From IMG/VR virus record IMGVR_UViG_3300015608_004663: a stretch of DNA of 64,000 nucleotides. One strand, 5' to 3'. Below are positions 40,927-49,648 of the stretch, piece by piece. Both the position numbers and the translations under genes were made by a program. A model generated the notes under the pieces. It worked only from the letters and a program-made list of their open reading frames with translations. It had not been told where the DNA came from and searched no databases. This DNA is from an uncultured virus (IMG/VR IMGVR_UViG_3300015608_004663) (lineage: Duplodnaviria > Heunggongvirae > Uroviricota > Caudoviricetes). Positions within the stretch are counted from its first letter, which is position 1. Each line of letters starts with the position of its first letter.

Positions 40927-41364
40927 TTACGTCAAATCAATAGTTGTTTCAGTTCCAAACAAATCTAACCACTCTGACAAGAATTTGCTTCCAACTTTCA
41001 TGCTGCAAACATCGCCATGATTCTTAATGAATCGCACCTCAACGCTGTTAGTAGCAGCTCGACTGAATCCAAGCGATGCAAGTAGCTCACGAACGTCTTG
41101 TGGTTTAACTAAAACTTTAAAATCACTAGTTGGTTTAAACACAACTTGTAAAACGCCAGTCGTGAAAAACCCTCTATCAAGACCAGGTGCATCAAGCATC
41201 AATGTTGTCACTTCTGAATAAAAGCGTCCAGGATAACGATTGCCGGTGCGCTTGTACATCATTTCATAATCTGGTGATGTTTGCATTGTCACAGGAACGT
41301 CTGGACCTTGATAAATCGCTTCTCTGATTAGCTGCTTAAGTTGTTTGATTGTTATTTTCATCAT
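40927..41364 (-). CDS. leader-bearing protein, LGFS paralogue family
   Basis: MKITIKQLKQLIREAIYQGPD; LGFSRAA; W.DLFG.ET.IDL. Confidence 0.7.
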   Translation of the reverse strand: MMKITIKQLKQLIREAIYQGPDVPVTMQTSPDYEMMYKRTGNRYPGRFYSEVTTLMLDAPGLDRGFFTTGVLQVVFKPTSDFKVLVKPQDVRELLASLGFSRAATNSVEVRFIKNHGDVCSMKVGSKFLSEWLDLFGTETTIDLT

Positions 41365-41404
41365 GTCTCTCTTTCAATAAATCATATCGACACTTAAATT
41401 TAAA

Positions 41405-41812
41405 TCACAATTTAAGCGTATCTTTATTTTTACCGACAAGATCTTGCCATTCTTGCACAAATGATCCGCTAACATCTAATGAAATAAAATCATCACCTTG
41501 CATGCCAGATTCTGCAAAAGCAATATCTTTTATATTTTTATTTGAAAAACCGAGCGTTAACAGCAGTTCACGCACTTGTTTTAAAATGTTTCGCTCTCTA
41601 AAAGCATAAAAGATTCAATTTCGCGCGTGGGCTTAAAATAAACACGTAACTCACCATATTCAGGAGGATCATCAAACCGATCTTTGTTTAAAAAACAAAG
41701 ACTTAATTGTAACATCATGAAATTTGTTTGATGTTTTGACAGAAAATGTTGGCGCTCTTGAAAACACTGCTTCTCTGATCAAATTTTGCAATTGTTTGAT
41801 TGTTATTTTCAT
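41405..41812 (-). pseudogene. leader-bearing LGFS-family gene with two homopolymer frameshifts
   Basis: MKITIKQLQNLIREAVF.../NKDRFDDPPEYGELRVYFKP.../KQVRELLLTLGFS...GMQG...WQDLVG...LKL*; shifts near 41690 and 41583. Confidence 0.7.
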
Positions 41813-41818
41813 ATAATA

Positions 41819-42208
41819 TCACACTCCGCTTAGCAATGTAGATGCTGATCCGCTATATTTTGGATAATCTTTTGCAAGAATTGCAGTTAAACCAGCGCAC
41901 AACTCATAAGTAGCTGTGCCACCGAGTCCACCAACAACAATCGTTTTTGTTCGCAGATTCAAGCTAACAGACGAACCAGCTGGTATGCTTATTCGCTTTG
42001 TACCAGAAACACCAGCAGTAGTGAATCCTAACAGGAGCGCACCTGCAGAACCAGACACACAGCGAGCGTGAATTGAAGAGCACACAGCTGGAAGTTCGTG
42101 CTCTTTTGTAGCGCCAGCAGTAACAGTCGATGCTGTTAGCCACGGTATGCCAGAAACTAAATACTCGGTTAGAAGATTTGGACCAGAAATTGGTGTGCCT
42201 AAAGCCAT
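41819..42208 (-). CDS. putative virion structural protein
   Basis: EY.VSGIPWLT.S motif; Gly/Ser/Thr-rich. Confidence 0.55.
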   Translation of the reverse strand: MALGTPISGPNLLTEYLVSGIPWLTASTVTAGATKEHELPAVCSSIHARCVSGSAGALLLGFTTAGVSGTKRISIPAGSSVSLNLRTKTIVVGGLGGTATYELCAGLTAILAKDYPKYSGSASTLLSGV

Positions 42209-42239
42209 TTTGTGTTCACTCAGATAAGAACATATCTAT

Positions 42240-42872
42240 CTATCTTATAGATATCGCTGCTGTTGCAAGTTTAAAGATTCTATCTGAGCGTGATTCGCGC
42301 TCTTTCATAGCGATCTTTCGACCCTCTGGCAACATGAAAGCGCCGCTTGTTGATGGTTCTGACACGTAATCCCAGCAGATAAGCTGAAAATCATCTTGCA
42401 CAACGTGCCTATCTCCGTCTTTTTTTGTTGAGCCGACACCGCGCGATGATATACCGAGCTTCACACCAGCTTCAACAAGACTCTTTAAAATCTTTCCACT
42501 TGGCGTATCAAGTATCTCAACTTTGCCGTACACGATGCCGTTCTCAAGATACGCTTCAAGCACCATGTGCGAAACATTCTTAAGATTGACAACGCTGTCA
42601 TCAGGGTGATCAAGCTCGCCAAGAGCGCGACGCTCAATTATGAATTTCTGATAATTTCTGACTTCTCTCTCCAGCACAGCATGGGGATAAACTCTACCAT
42701 TCTGATTAAGAACGTCTGCTTTTTGTAGAATTCCGCTCATGATCAGCTTTCCATTGTTTTTCTGGATTGACTCTTTGACAGAGTTTTGATCATACTTGAA
42801 TTCATCATACGTAGTTAAAAGATTCATGATTACTTTGCTTTCTAAGCTATTCTGCGTCAGGCTTTGGCACAA
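42240..42872 (-). CDS. prohead core protease (T4 gp21-like)
   Basis: N.NGRVYP, ALGELDHP, VSH, ILDTPSG, GISSRGVGS, D.VSEPST; true start probably MNLLT (~42827). Confidence 0.95.
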   Translation of the reverse strand: MCQSLTQNSLESKVIMNLLTTYDEFKYDQNSVKESIQKNNGKLIMSGILQKADVLNQNGRVYPHAVLEREVRNYQKFIIERRALGELDHPDDSVVNLKNVSHMVLEAYLENGIVYGKVEILDTPSGKILKSLVEAGVKLGISSRGVGSTKKDGDRHVVQDDFQLICWDYVSEPSTSGAFMLPEGRKIAMKERESRSDRIFKLATAAISIR

Positions 42873-43269
42873 CTGATGATCTCGTTGGCAGTGGCGCCGC
42901 GAACGCTAGTTTGGCGTACTTTGAGCTAGCTTCTCTTATTTCATCTGGCAATTCGTTTTGAGCTTGTTCAGCATCTTGCTGCTCGCGCAGAGTAGTTTGC
43001 TGCGTATCAAGCAAAACTTGCTCCATTACGCTTTTCGGAGCTGAAACTTGCTTTTTCAGCAATTTTGCTACAGGTTGCGAGGCTGGTAGCGCTGGTCTAA
43101 TTTGCTGATTGATCTGCGGCGATCTTTGCGCGCTAAGACGAGATTCAGCGATAAGACTGACAGCAAGCGAGCGCATGCGCTTCTCGATAGCTTCATTTAT
43201 TGTCTTGTCAAGGTGCTCTCGAACAATAGACTCAACAATCTCTCGTAACGTGTTTATGTTTAATTTCAT
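42847..43269 (-). CDS. leader-like prohead-associated protein
   Basis: MKLNINTLREIVESIVREH...INEA...LIAES. Confidence 0.6.
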   Translation of the reverse strand: MKLNINTLREIVESIVREHLDKTINEAIEKRMRSLAVSLIAESRLSAQRSPQINQQIRPALPASQPVAKLLKKQVSAPKSVMEQVLLDTQQTTLREQQDAEQAQNELPDEIREASSKYAKLAFAAPLPTRSSVVPKPDAE

Positions 43270-43285
43270 GTTAATTTATCGCTTG

Positions 43286-43681
43286 TTACAATTCAATCAC
43301 AGTTTCATATCCGAACAATGAACGCCATGCTTTACCAAAAGCATGACCGACTGGAGCGACGTAAACGTTCCCGAGACCCTCAAATTTTCCTGCAGAAAAC
43401 TGAATGTCATCAAACGCTGCGCGAGTAAAACCCAAAGAAGAAAATAAATTACGCAATTGTGATCTATTCAAATTAGTAGAATTTCCGCTTTCACGTAAAG
43501 TAATATAAATCCAGCCACTAGAGCGTTTCTGTGGGTGAATCTCATACTCAATGTTTGACACTTGCACATCACGCTTAGCAGTGTTCGTGCTGTACGGTAC
43601 AGTAAGCACTGTTTTCATATCAGGACCCTGATAAACTGCCTCTGCTATAATTTTTTTTAACTGTTGCATTGTTAAGCGCAT
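43286..43681 (-). CDS. leader-bearing protein, LGFS paralogue family
   Basis: MRLTMQQLKKIIAEAVYQGPD; LGFTRAA; W.SLFGYETVIEL. Confidence 0.7.
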   Translation of the reverse strand: MRLTMQQLKKIIAEAVYQGPDMKTVLTVPYSTNTAKRDVQVSNIEYEIHPQKRSSGWIYITLRESGNSTNLNRSQLRNLFSSLGFTRAAFDDIQFSAGKFEGLGNVYVAPVGHAFGKAWRSLFGYETVIEL

Positions 43682-44488
43682 TTATGTAGCCTTTTTAAAC
43701 TCTTTCTCAATGTCAACGCAAGCCAAAAGCTGCGCAACAAACTTATCATCAATCACTTTAAGATCTGAAGCAGCAGAATCAAGCTTGTTGGCTAGCTCAA
43801 CAAGAGCTGCTCTTGTTTCTGGAGTTAGATTTGCATCAGTTGATTGAGCGCGGATAGTTGCGCTTGACTCGTAAGCTCTTTCACGCAAAAATTTACGATC
43901 ATCTTTCAGAGCTGCAACTAAAACTCTGCTATGTTCATCACTTAGCTTGTCACTGTAAGTTTCAGCCATGCGAAGCGTCATCATCTTGTTAAGCAACGCA
44001 CTTGACTCAATTGCTTGCTGAGAGTCATCGCTGCTGCATGCTGCTTTCTGACACATGCTTTTACAAAGCGCGCTCTCTAGCGCAGCGATCTTGTCAAACG
44101 GTGCTTCTTTGCGCCAAGCAGAGAGAAGCTTACCAACAAGAATGTGTCTATTGTAAGTTTCTTGCTGAACAGTGATGCGCTCGTGCTGCATAGCTGCAGC
44201 GATGATCTTCGCAGCTTTAGTTGCTTGCTCTGTTAACGCTTTGCTATCAATTTTTTTTGCTTCTGCGCGAACGCTCTTGATAAGATCAGTTGCAGCTTGC
44301 TCTGTTAAATCACGCGGTCTTGATAACGCAAGATGCAATTTTAGCTCTGAGTTAAGAATCTTATTCGAAGCAAAAAATCGCTTTGAAAGCCTGATTGCGC
44401 TCGCAGCTGTTTTAGTTTTATTGTCTGTGATAGCTTGAGCGCATCGAGTCACCAGCGTTTCGTGTAAAATACCAACATTATTAATCAT
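43682..44488 (-). CDS. hypothetical helical head-region protein
   Basis: 268-aa ORF between portal and protease genes. Confidence 0.6.
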   Translation of the reverse strand: MINNVGILHETLVTRCAQAITDNKTKTAASAIRLSKRFFASNKILNSELKLHLALSRPRDLTEQAATDLIKSVRAEAKKIDSKALTEQATKAAKIIAAAMQHERITVQQETYNRHILVGKLLSAWRKEAPFDKIAALESALCKSMCQKAACSSDDSQQAIESSALLNKMMTLRMAETYSDKLSDEHSRVLVAALKDDRKFLRERAYESSATIRAQSTDANLTPETRAALVELANKLDSAASDLKVIDDKFVAQLLACVDIEKEFKKAT

Positions 44489-44508
44489 TGAAGCAATCTT
44501 TCACAAAA

Positions 44509-44934
44509 TTAATTTTTGTGCGCAGCGATCCAGTAAACCTTAAGCTGTTTCATTGCATTTGCGTACGCAACATCATTGCGCTCTTCTAGCGTATCATACT
44601 CATCTTGATCAAGATCTTCTTCATCATAATCTTGCATGAAAGACATTTCTTGTCGCGTTTCATTAAGCAATTTATTTTTTGATGGAAAATCTGAGCTGCA
44701 ACAATTGCTGAGCGCCACGAAAAATTGCTGCAATTCAGCATCATCATACTCTTCTGTCATAAAAACATCAGCTGCATTTTCAAAATCTTCTAATGTTTTA
44801 TACTGAGTGCTAGCACGCTTATCAGACAAGTACGCTTGTATTGTTTCGTATAAAACTTCAAGATCTTCTGCATCAAATTTATCAGCTTTGATGTTTTGAA
44901 TAAAGTTTTGAATGTATCTGTTCATAAAATTCAA
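44509..44934 (-). CDS. acidic hypothetical protein
   Basis: 141-aa ORF with GGAG SD. Confidence 0.6.
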   Translation of the reverse strand: MNFMNRYIQNFIQNIKADKFDAEDLEVLYETIQAYLSDKRASTQYKTLEDFENAADVFMTEEYDDAELQQFFVALSNCCSSDFPSKNKLLNETRQEMSFMQDYDEEDLDQDEYDTLEERNDVAYANAMKQLKVYWIAAHKN

Positions 44935-44970
44935 CTCCGATTCTGCAATCTAAATAGATCGACGCTAGAT

Positions 44971-47346
44971 TCAAATCACACCTTTAGTGCGTCTCGGTAT
45001 TTTTTGCAGCAGCTTGATCATATCAGATGACAATCCATGCTTCTTGATTGACTCTTCTGCAAGAGGATTCTTGCCAGCGTTTTTTAACCAGTGCGAATCA
45101 AACGGATCATCTTTAACAGATCTGCTGATCATGCTAGCAAAATCCGGCGTCACCAAAGCTGAAGCACCATTATGACGCTTGCGAGCTGCTCTTCGCTTAG
45201 CTTTGCTTTGAACATCAGGCTGATCACCAGAAGTCAAAAGCGCAACATCAGGCTCTGCGAGAGCGTCAGGCTCTGCTGCAGCAGACAGATCAGTTTCTGG
45301 CTCTTCTGCGGGCTCTGTCTCAGATGGCTGTGTTTCTGGCTCTTCTGGTGTGCTCAGATCTTCACCGCCGAGGTCTGAACTGCCACCAAATAGATCTCCA
45401 CCACCAGCACCGCCGCCCTCTGCACTGCCTTCTGGTGCTTGTCCAGCAGCTTCGACAGCAGCATCAATGCGACGCTCTTGCAATCTTAGCTCATCAATCT
45501 TTGCAATGTGCTCATCTGTGAAATTCAAAACTTCTTTGCGAATCCAAGCTCTGTCTACTGTACCCTCTGGGAACGATCCAGCGATCTCTGCTTTTGCACG
45601 AAGAAGCTCTAGCTTCTGCTGCTGCGCTACAGTTGATGGATTTGACAATCTGATTGAAAAATCTTGCAACTCTTCTTCTGGAAAACCAAGGCAGTAGAGG
45701 TGCATGATCGCGAGGCGCTGGAGCTCTGCAAGAACAGTTTTCTGAATGACAGAGATTGTTCGAGAAAAACGAATGTCTTCTTGAGCTAATGTAGCTTTTG
45801 AAGAGTTGTGCAGAATAACATCTTCTGCCGCTCTGAAATTGTGCCATTCTTCAACTTCAACATCGTAAACTGGCTGAGCTTCATCAAACATCAAAATTTC
45901 TACGCTAGCAACTTTGTGATTTTGTTTTAAAAAAGCAGCTGCAAAATCGCGCCCTAGCAAATCTCCAGCTGCTTTTGATGAGCGACGGCTGTGCACTGGC
46001 ATCAAGCTTTCACCAGCAACTAATGCATCAGCGCGCTTGTACGAGCCATCTATAAGCATAAACGGATGATTTTCAGTGCAGTCAATCGTTTTACCGCTGT
46101 CTAACGTTACGCGCAGCATGTGGTAAACGCGCTTTGTTTCCCACGCTTTTAATATTTTTCCTGGTTTGAATTTACCAGCAGAATCACACGAATAAGTCCA
46201 AGCTTCTGTGTTTGGATTTTTCGCAAATCGATCTGCTAAATCAGCAATTGTCGGTTGCGTTCCATCAAGAAGCATCACTCGCTGATGACCCGCTAGACAC
46301 AAAGCTTCATCATAGCCAAGATAAGCTTTTGGAATTTTTAGAGCTGCAAACAGTTTTTTCTGAATGTACTGAACGTCTTCTACTGCAGCAGCGTTTTGTC
46401 CGCCTTGAAGGGTGTCAATCTTCGTGCCAGTGTCTTGTCCTCTAACTGCAATCCAGTAATCTTCTTCAATTGATACAGGATTGTATCGCAGATCAGCGCG
46501 ACCTGTAGTGCGATCAACAACTGGTGCTGTTCTTATGTTTCGCTTTGTCTCTTCAACAACCAAAGGGACGTCTTCTGGTGGAGTGTTTCCAACATCAACG
46601 TAGAACACTCTGCGCTCTGGAGCTCTTACGATGCGATACGTTAACATCGCGTCTTCTATCAGAATCAGCTGACGCCAGATGCGCCTTGCAGCTTCAATCA
46701 CTGACATTCCATACGGAAGAAACTGATCATTACCAAGCAACCTTATGTGAGTGACTTGCCAGCAATCAAGCTCTCGATTTCCATACGAGACCCAGCGAAA
46801 CTTGTACATCAAAGGATCTGTTGGATCAAATCCCTCTTCGCGCTCGATCTCGTTGACTGGCATTGGCACAACTCTGATTATTCCTTGCTCTGGATCGATC
46901 TCATTCAAAGCAAAGAAATCACCATACTTGCACAGATTTCTAACCCATCCGCGCAAGTTGAACTCAATGTTCATCACGTTAAAAAATAAATCTTCTAACG
47001 CGATTTTAATAGCTTCATTTGGAGCAAAAACGTGAAAGATCTGATCTTTCTCATCACCAGCGACGGCTTCATCTGCGTAGATATCTAAAGCTGATGCAAG
47101 CTCTGGTGTGTATTCCATTTCTTGAAAATCTTGATAGCGCATCAATCTTTCTGTAATGTTATAAACATTTCCAGTCACGTTTGCGAATGATGGGCTTTGA
47201 GATTTTTGAACTAGTGAAACGCCATTATTGCGCGCAGCTGCGATAGCAGTATCGGCTCCGCGAGCAGTTTTGCCAACGCGCTTAGATCTTGGACCAGAGC
47301 GAAACAGCTTTGATAGCTTATTGAAAAATCCTTTAGGTGTAGCCAC
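44971..47346 (-). CDS. portal protein (T4 gp20-like) containing an intein
   Basis: ALDIYADE, KYGDFF, IEDAMLTYRIVRAPERRVFYVDVGN, EDYW, IDTL.GG, ALKIPKAYL, EDIRFSRT. Confidence 0.95.
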   Translation of the reverse strand: MATPKGFFNKLSKLFRSGPRSKRVGKTARGADTAIAAARNNGVSLVQKSQSPSFANVTGNVYNITERLMRYQDFQEMEYTPELASALDIYADEAVAGDEKDQIFHVFAPNEAIKIALEDLFFNVMNIEFNLRGWVRNLCKYGDFFALNEIDPEQGIIRVVPMPVNEIEREEGFDPTDPLMYKFRWVSYGNRELDCWQVTHIRLLGNDQFLPYGMSVIEAARRIWRQLILIEDAMLTYRIVRAPERRVFYVDVGNTPPEDVPLVVEETKRNIRTAPVVDRTTGRADLRYNPVSIEEDYWIAVRGQDTGTKIDTLQGGQNAAAVEDVQYIQKKLFAALKIPKAYLGYDEALCLAGHQRVMLLDGTQPTIADLADRFAKNPNTEAWTYSCDSAGKFKPGKILKAWETKRVYHMLRVTLDSGKTIDCTENHPFMLIDGSYKRADALVAGESLMPVHSRRSSKAAGDLLGRDFAAAFLKQNHKVASVEILMFDEAQPVYDVEVEEWHNFRAAEDVILHNSSKATLAQEDIRFSRTISVIQKTVLAELQRLAIMHLYCLGFPEEELQDFSIRLSNPSTVAQQQKLELLRAKAEIAGSFPEGTVDRAWIRKEVLNFTDEHIAKIDELRLQERRIDAAVEAAGQAPEGSAEGGGAGGGDLFGGSSDLGGEDLSTPEEPETQPSETEPAEEPETDLSAAAEPDALAEPDVALLTSGDQPDVQSKAKRRAARKRHNGASALVTPDFASMISRSVKDDPFDSHWLKNAGKNPLAEESIKKHGLSSDMIKLLQKIPRRTKGVI
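45805..46299 (-). mobile_element. mini-intein (165 aa, no homing endonuclease) in portal
   Basis: Starts CLAGH, block B CTENHPF, block F VYDVEVEEWHNF, ends ILHN followed by S; exteins rejoin as GYDEAL|SSKATL. Confidence 0.92.
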
Positions 47347-47368
47347 AAGTAGCTCCTGCTATCAATGA

Positions 47369-47680
47369 TTAACTTTGCACTGGTGCTAGTTTAACAATTT
47401 TTTTCTTAGCAGGCTTAGAAGCGTATGACGTTGGATTTGTCACCATGTTATTCAGCGCTTTCTTCAGTGATTCGAGCTCTTGCGTCACAGAAGAGTGAGC
47501 AATAGGTGGTGATGTTGATTCAAATTTTTTAATAGCTTCTGCTAGTTTTGTTGCAGAAGACACAATATCACCTATCTCTTTGTGATTTATATCATTAACT
47601 TCTCGAAGAGCTTGCTTGATAAATTCTTGCTTTACAGCGTTTCCTATCTCTGTCAGATTCATTCTTGTTTTCATTTGCAT
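47369..47680 (-). CDS. hypothetical protein with leader-like N-terminus
   Basis: MKTRMNLTE...IKQALREV; between terminase and portal genes. Confidence 0.6.
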   Translation of the reverse strand: MQMKTRMNLTEIGNAVKQEFIKQALREVNDINHKEIGDIVSSATKLAEAIKKFESTSPPIAHSSVTQELESLKKALNNMVTNPTSYASKPAKKKIVKLAPVQS

Positions 47681-47686
47681 TATTTC

Positions 47687-49246
47687 CTATCGCAGCAACC
47701 AGCTTGTATCATCTAAGTATTTGTAATGTTCTTGCGAGCGAATGTTATAAGCAGCTGACACACCAGCTAGCGCATTTTGCTTCTTTGAAACTGACATTGC
47801 TTTAGCAAGAACAAGAGCTATGTTGCTAGATTTTGCTGTAGTTGTGCCAAACAAAAGATCAATGACCCAAGCAGCGATCGCTAAACTCATGATCAGATCA
47901 TCATTTGATTCTCGCGTTGATTCAACTCTGTTACCGTTCCATAAAAATGTTAAAAATTCTTTGTACAGTCTTTCAGAGTGTGTTTTAATAACATCATTGC
48001 GCACAAGATCTTCAAGCTTCGCAAGCATCTTATCACGAGTTTTTACAGAAGTCGTGAATCCAGGCGTTTCATCAAATTTATATGGTTTGTAATCATAAGC
48101 GTTCTGCGCAGCGCTCTCATAAAATAGACGCGGGTACTCAAGCTCAATCAATTTTGAGCAAACCATGTAACCAATGTTGTTATTTTCAACTGCTATGAGC
48201 GCATTATTGTATTGGCGACCAACTCTATCTAAAAGAGTTGCACACTTATCTGGTTTGCACTTGTGTTTAAACTCTGCAGCTACAACAAAATCTGCTGCTG
48301 ACACAACGTGAAAGGCAGAATAATCATGACCATCGCCACGAGCAACATCACACCCAATAACATATTTCTTTCCTAGAACTGGATCTTGCCAGATATGAAG
48401 CTCTGATTCTCGACTGTCACGCTTTAACGGCGGAGCGCAATTCTTCCGCAATCGCTCAATAACGTCAGCTTGAAGAAATGTATCACCAGAGCTAAGAAAA
48501 TCACACTCAAGCTCTTGAGCGATATCGCGCTTTGACATGCCGCGAGTCTCTTTATCAAACCATGCTTGATCTTGCTCTGGATGCACTGACCACGGTAATT
48601 TTATTGGATTGAAATCACTTTGCTTTGCTTCTGCTTGAACATAAAGCTTATGATATTGACCACCAGCCCCGTTTGGAGTCGATAAAACTATTGCGCGGCC
48701 GCCGCGACTGATCGTGGGATACAAACCAGTCCAGATCTCTTCAAAATTCTTGATGAACGCAGCTTCATCAACTATTAGTAGAGAAAGAGCTTCTGATCGA
48801 CCTGCATCTTCTGATGTTGGAATAGCTGCAATCACGCTACCGTTACTGAATCTGATCTCACGTTGATTGTGCTGATACGTTGGAATTAGCAGCCATTTGG
48901 GTAAGTGCTTAAGCGCATACTTGACTTTTTTTGTAAAGTTTTGCGCTGTTAGCAATTTTGTAGCTATGATCAGTATGTTTTTATTTCTGAAGAATATCGC
49001 CAGCCACAGAACGTACGCTGCGCAAAGCGTAGAAAGACCAAGCTGCCGTGATTTGAGCACAATGTTAAATCTGTGCTGCTGAAATGCTCCAACGCAATTA
49101 TCTTGAAATGGATACGTTTCAAATCGAACTTTGCCGCGCGTTGGGTGCTGAATATAAACGTATTTTTTTATAAAATAGATCGGATCTTTACCGCACTGCA
49201 AAATTTCTTGCAAGTGCTCATTTCGTATATTTTGTGGCTGATCCAT
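47687..49246 (-). CDS. terminase large subunit (T4 gp17-like)
   Basis: CGKDPIYF, LKSRQLGLST, IVDEAAF, LSTPNG, QELECDF, GCDVARG, VENN, DDLIMS. Confidence 0.95.
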   Translation of the reverse strand: MDQPQNIRNEHLQEILQCGKDPIYFIKKYVYIQHPTRGKVRFETYPFQDNCVGAFQQHRFNIVLKSRQLGLSTLCAAYVLWLAIFFRNKNILIIATKLLTAQNFTKKVKYALKHLPKWLLIPTYQHNQREIRFSNGSVIAAIPTSEDAGRSEALSLLIVDEAAFIKNFEEIWTGLYPTISRGGRAIVLSTPNGAGGQYHKLYVQAEAKQSDFNPIKLPWSVHPEQDQAWFDKETRGMSKRDIAQELECDFLSSGDTFLQADVIERLRKNCAPPLKRDSRESELHIWQDPVLGKKYVIGCDVARGDGHDYSAFHVVSAADFVVAAEFKHKCKPDKCATLLDRVGRQYNNALIAVENNNIGYMVCSKLIELEYPRLFYESAAQNAYDYKPYKFDETPGFTTSVKTRDKMLAKLEDLVRNDVIKTHSERLYKEFLTFLWNGNRVESTRESNDDLIMSLAIAAWVIDLLFGTTTAKSSNIALVLAKAMSVSKKQNALAGVSAAYNIRSQEHYKYLDDTSWLLR

Positions 49247-49255
49247 TGAACAAGA

Positions 49256-49648
49256 TCACGAAATAACAAATGTTGCTGTTCTGCGCACAAGATAATCACT
49301 TAATCTGTCTGTGCGACCAAGCGGCTTTATATCAACTACGTGCTCTTTGTCAAGAGATTTAAGGTTGATCGCTTTTTTAGATCGCTCTTTGTAAAGAGCT
49401 TTAACAGATGCAATCCAATCAGCTATAAGAGATTCAAGTCCAGCAGCAACAGTTGCAGTAACTCGCTGTCTATCAAACATAGAAGCTTTTGTTACAGTTT
49501 GCGCAGTGACAGAAAGATTCTCACCATGATTAGCAAACTTTGCTGTGATAGAGTATCCCAAAGCTGGTTGTGCTGTTCGACCCCAAGTACCGTCTATGAT
49601 TTCAGCAAGAATCATAACATCATATTTAGCATTATCAAAGTTCATCAT
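49256..49648 (-). CDS. hypothetical protein
   Basis: 130-aa co-oriented ORF. Confidence 0.6.
   Translation of the reverse strand: MMNFDNAKYDVMILAEIIDGTWGRTAQPALGYSITAKFANHGENLSVTAQTVTKASMFDRQRVTATVAAGLESLIADWIASVKALYKERSKKAINLKSLDKEHVVDIKPLGRTDRLSDYLVRRTATFVIS

Noticed and set aside
44509..44934. Possible third paralogue of the 33623-34580 pair
   Set aside because: Similarity limited to acidic helical composition; not convincing without a profile alignment
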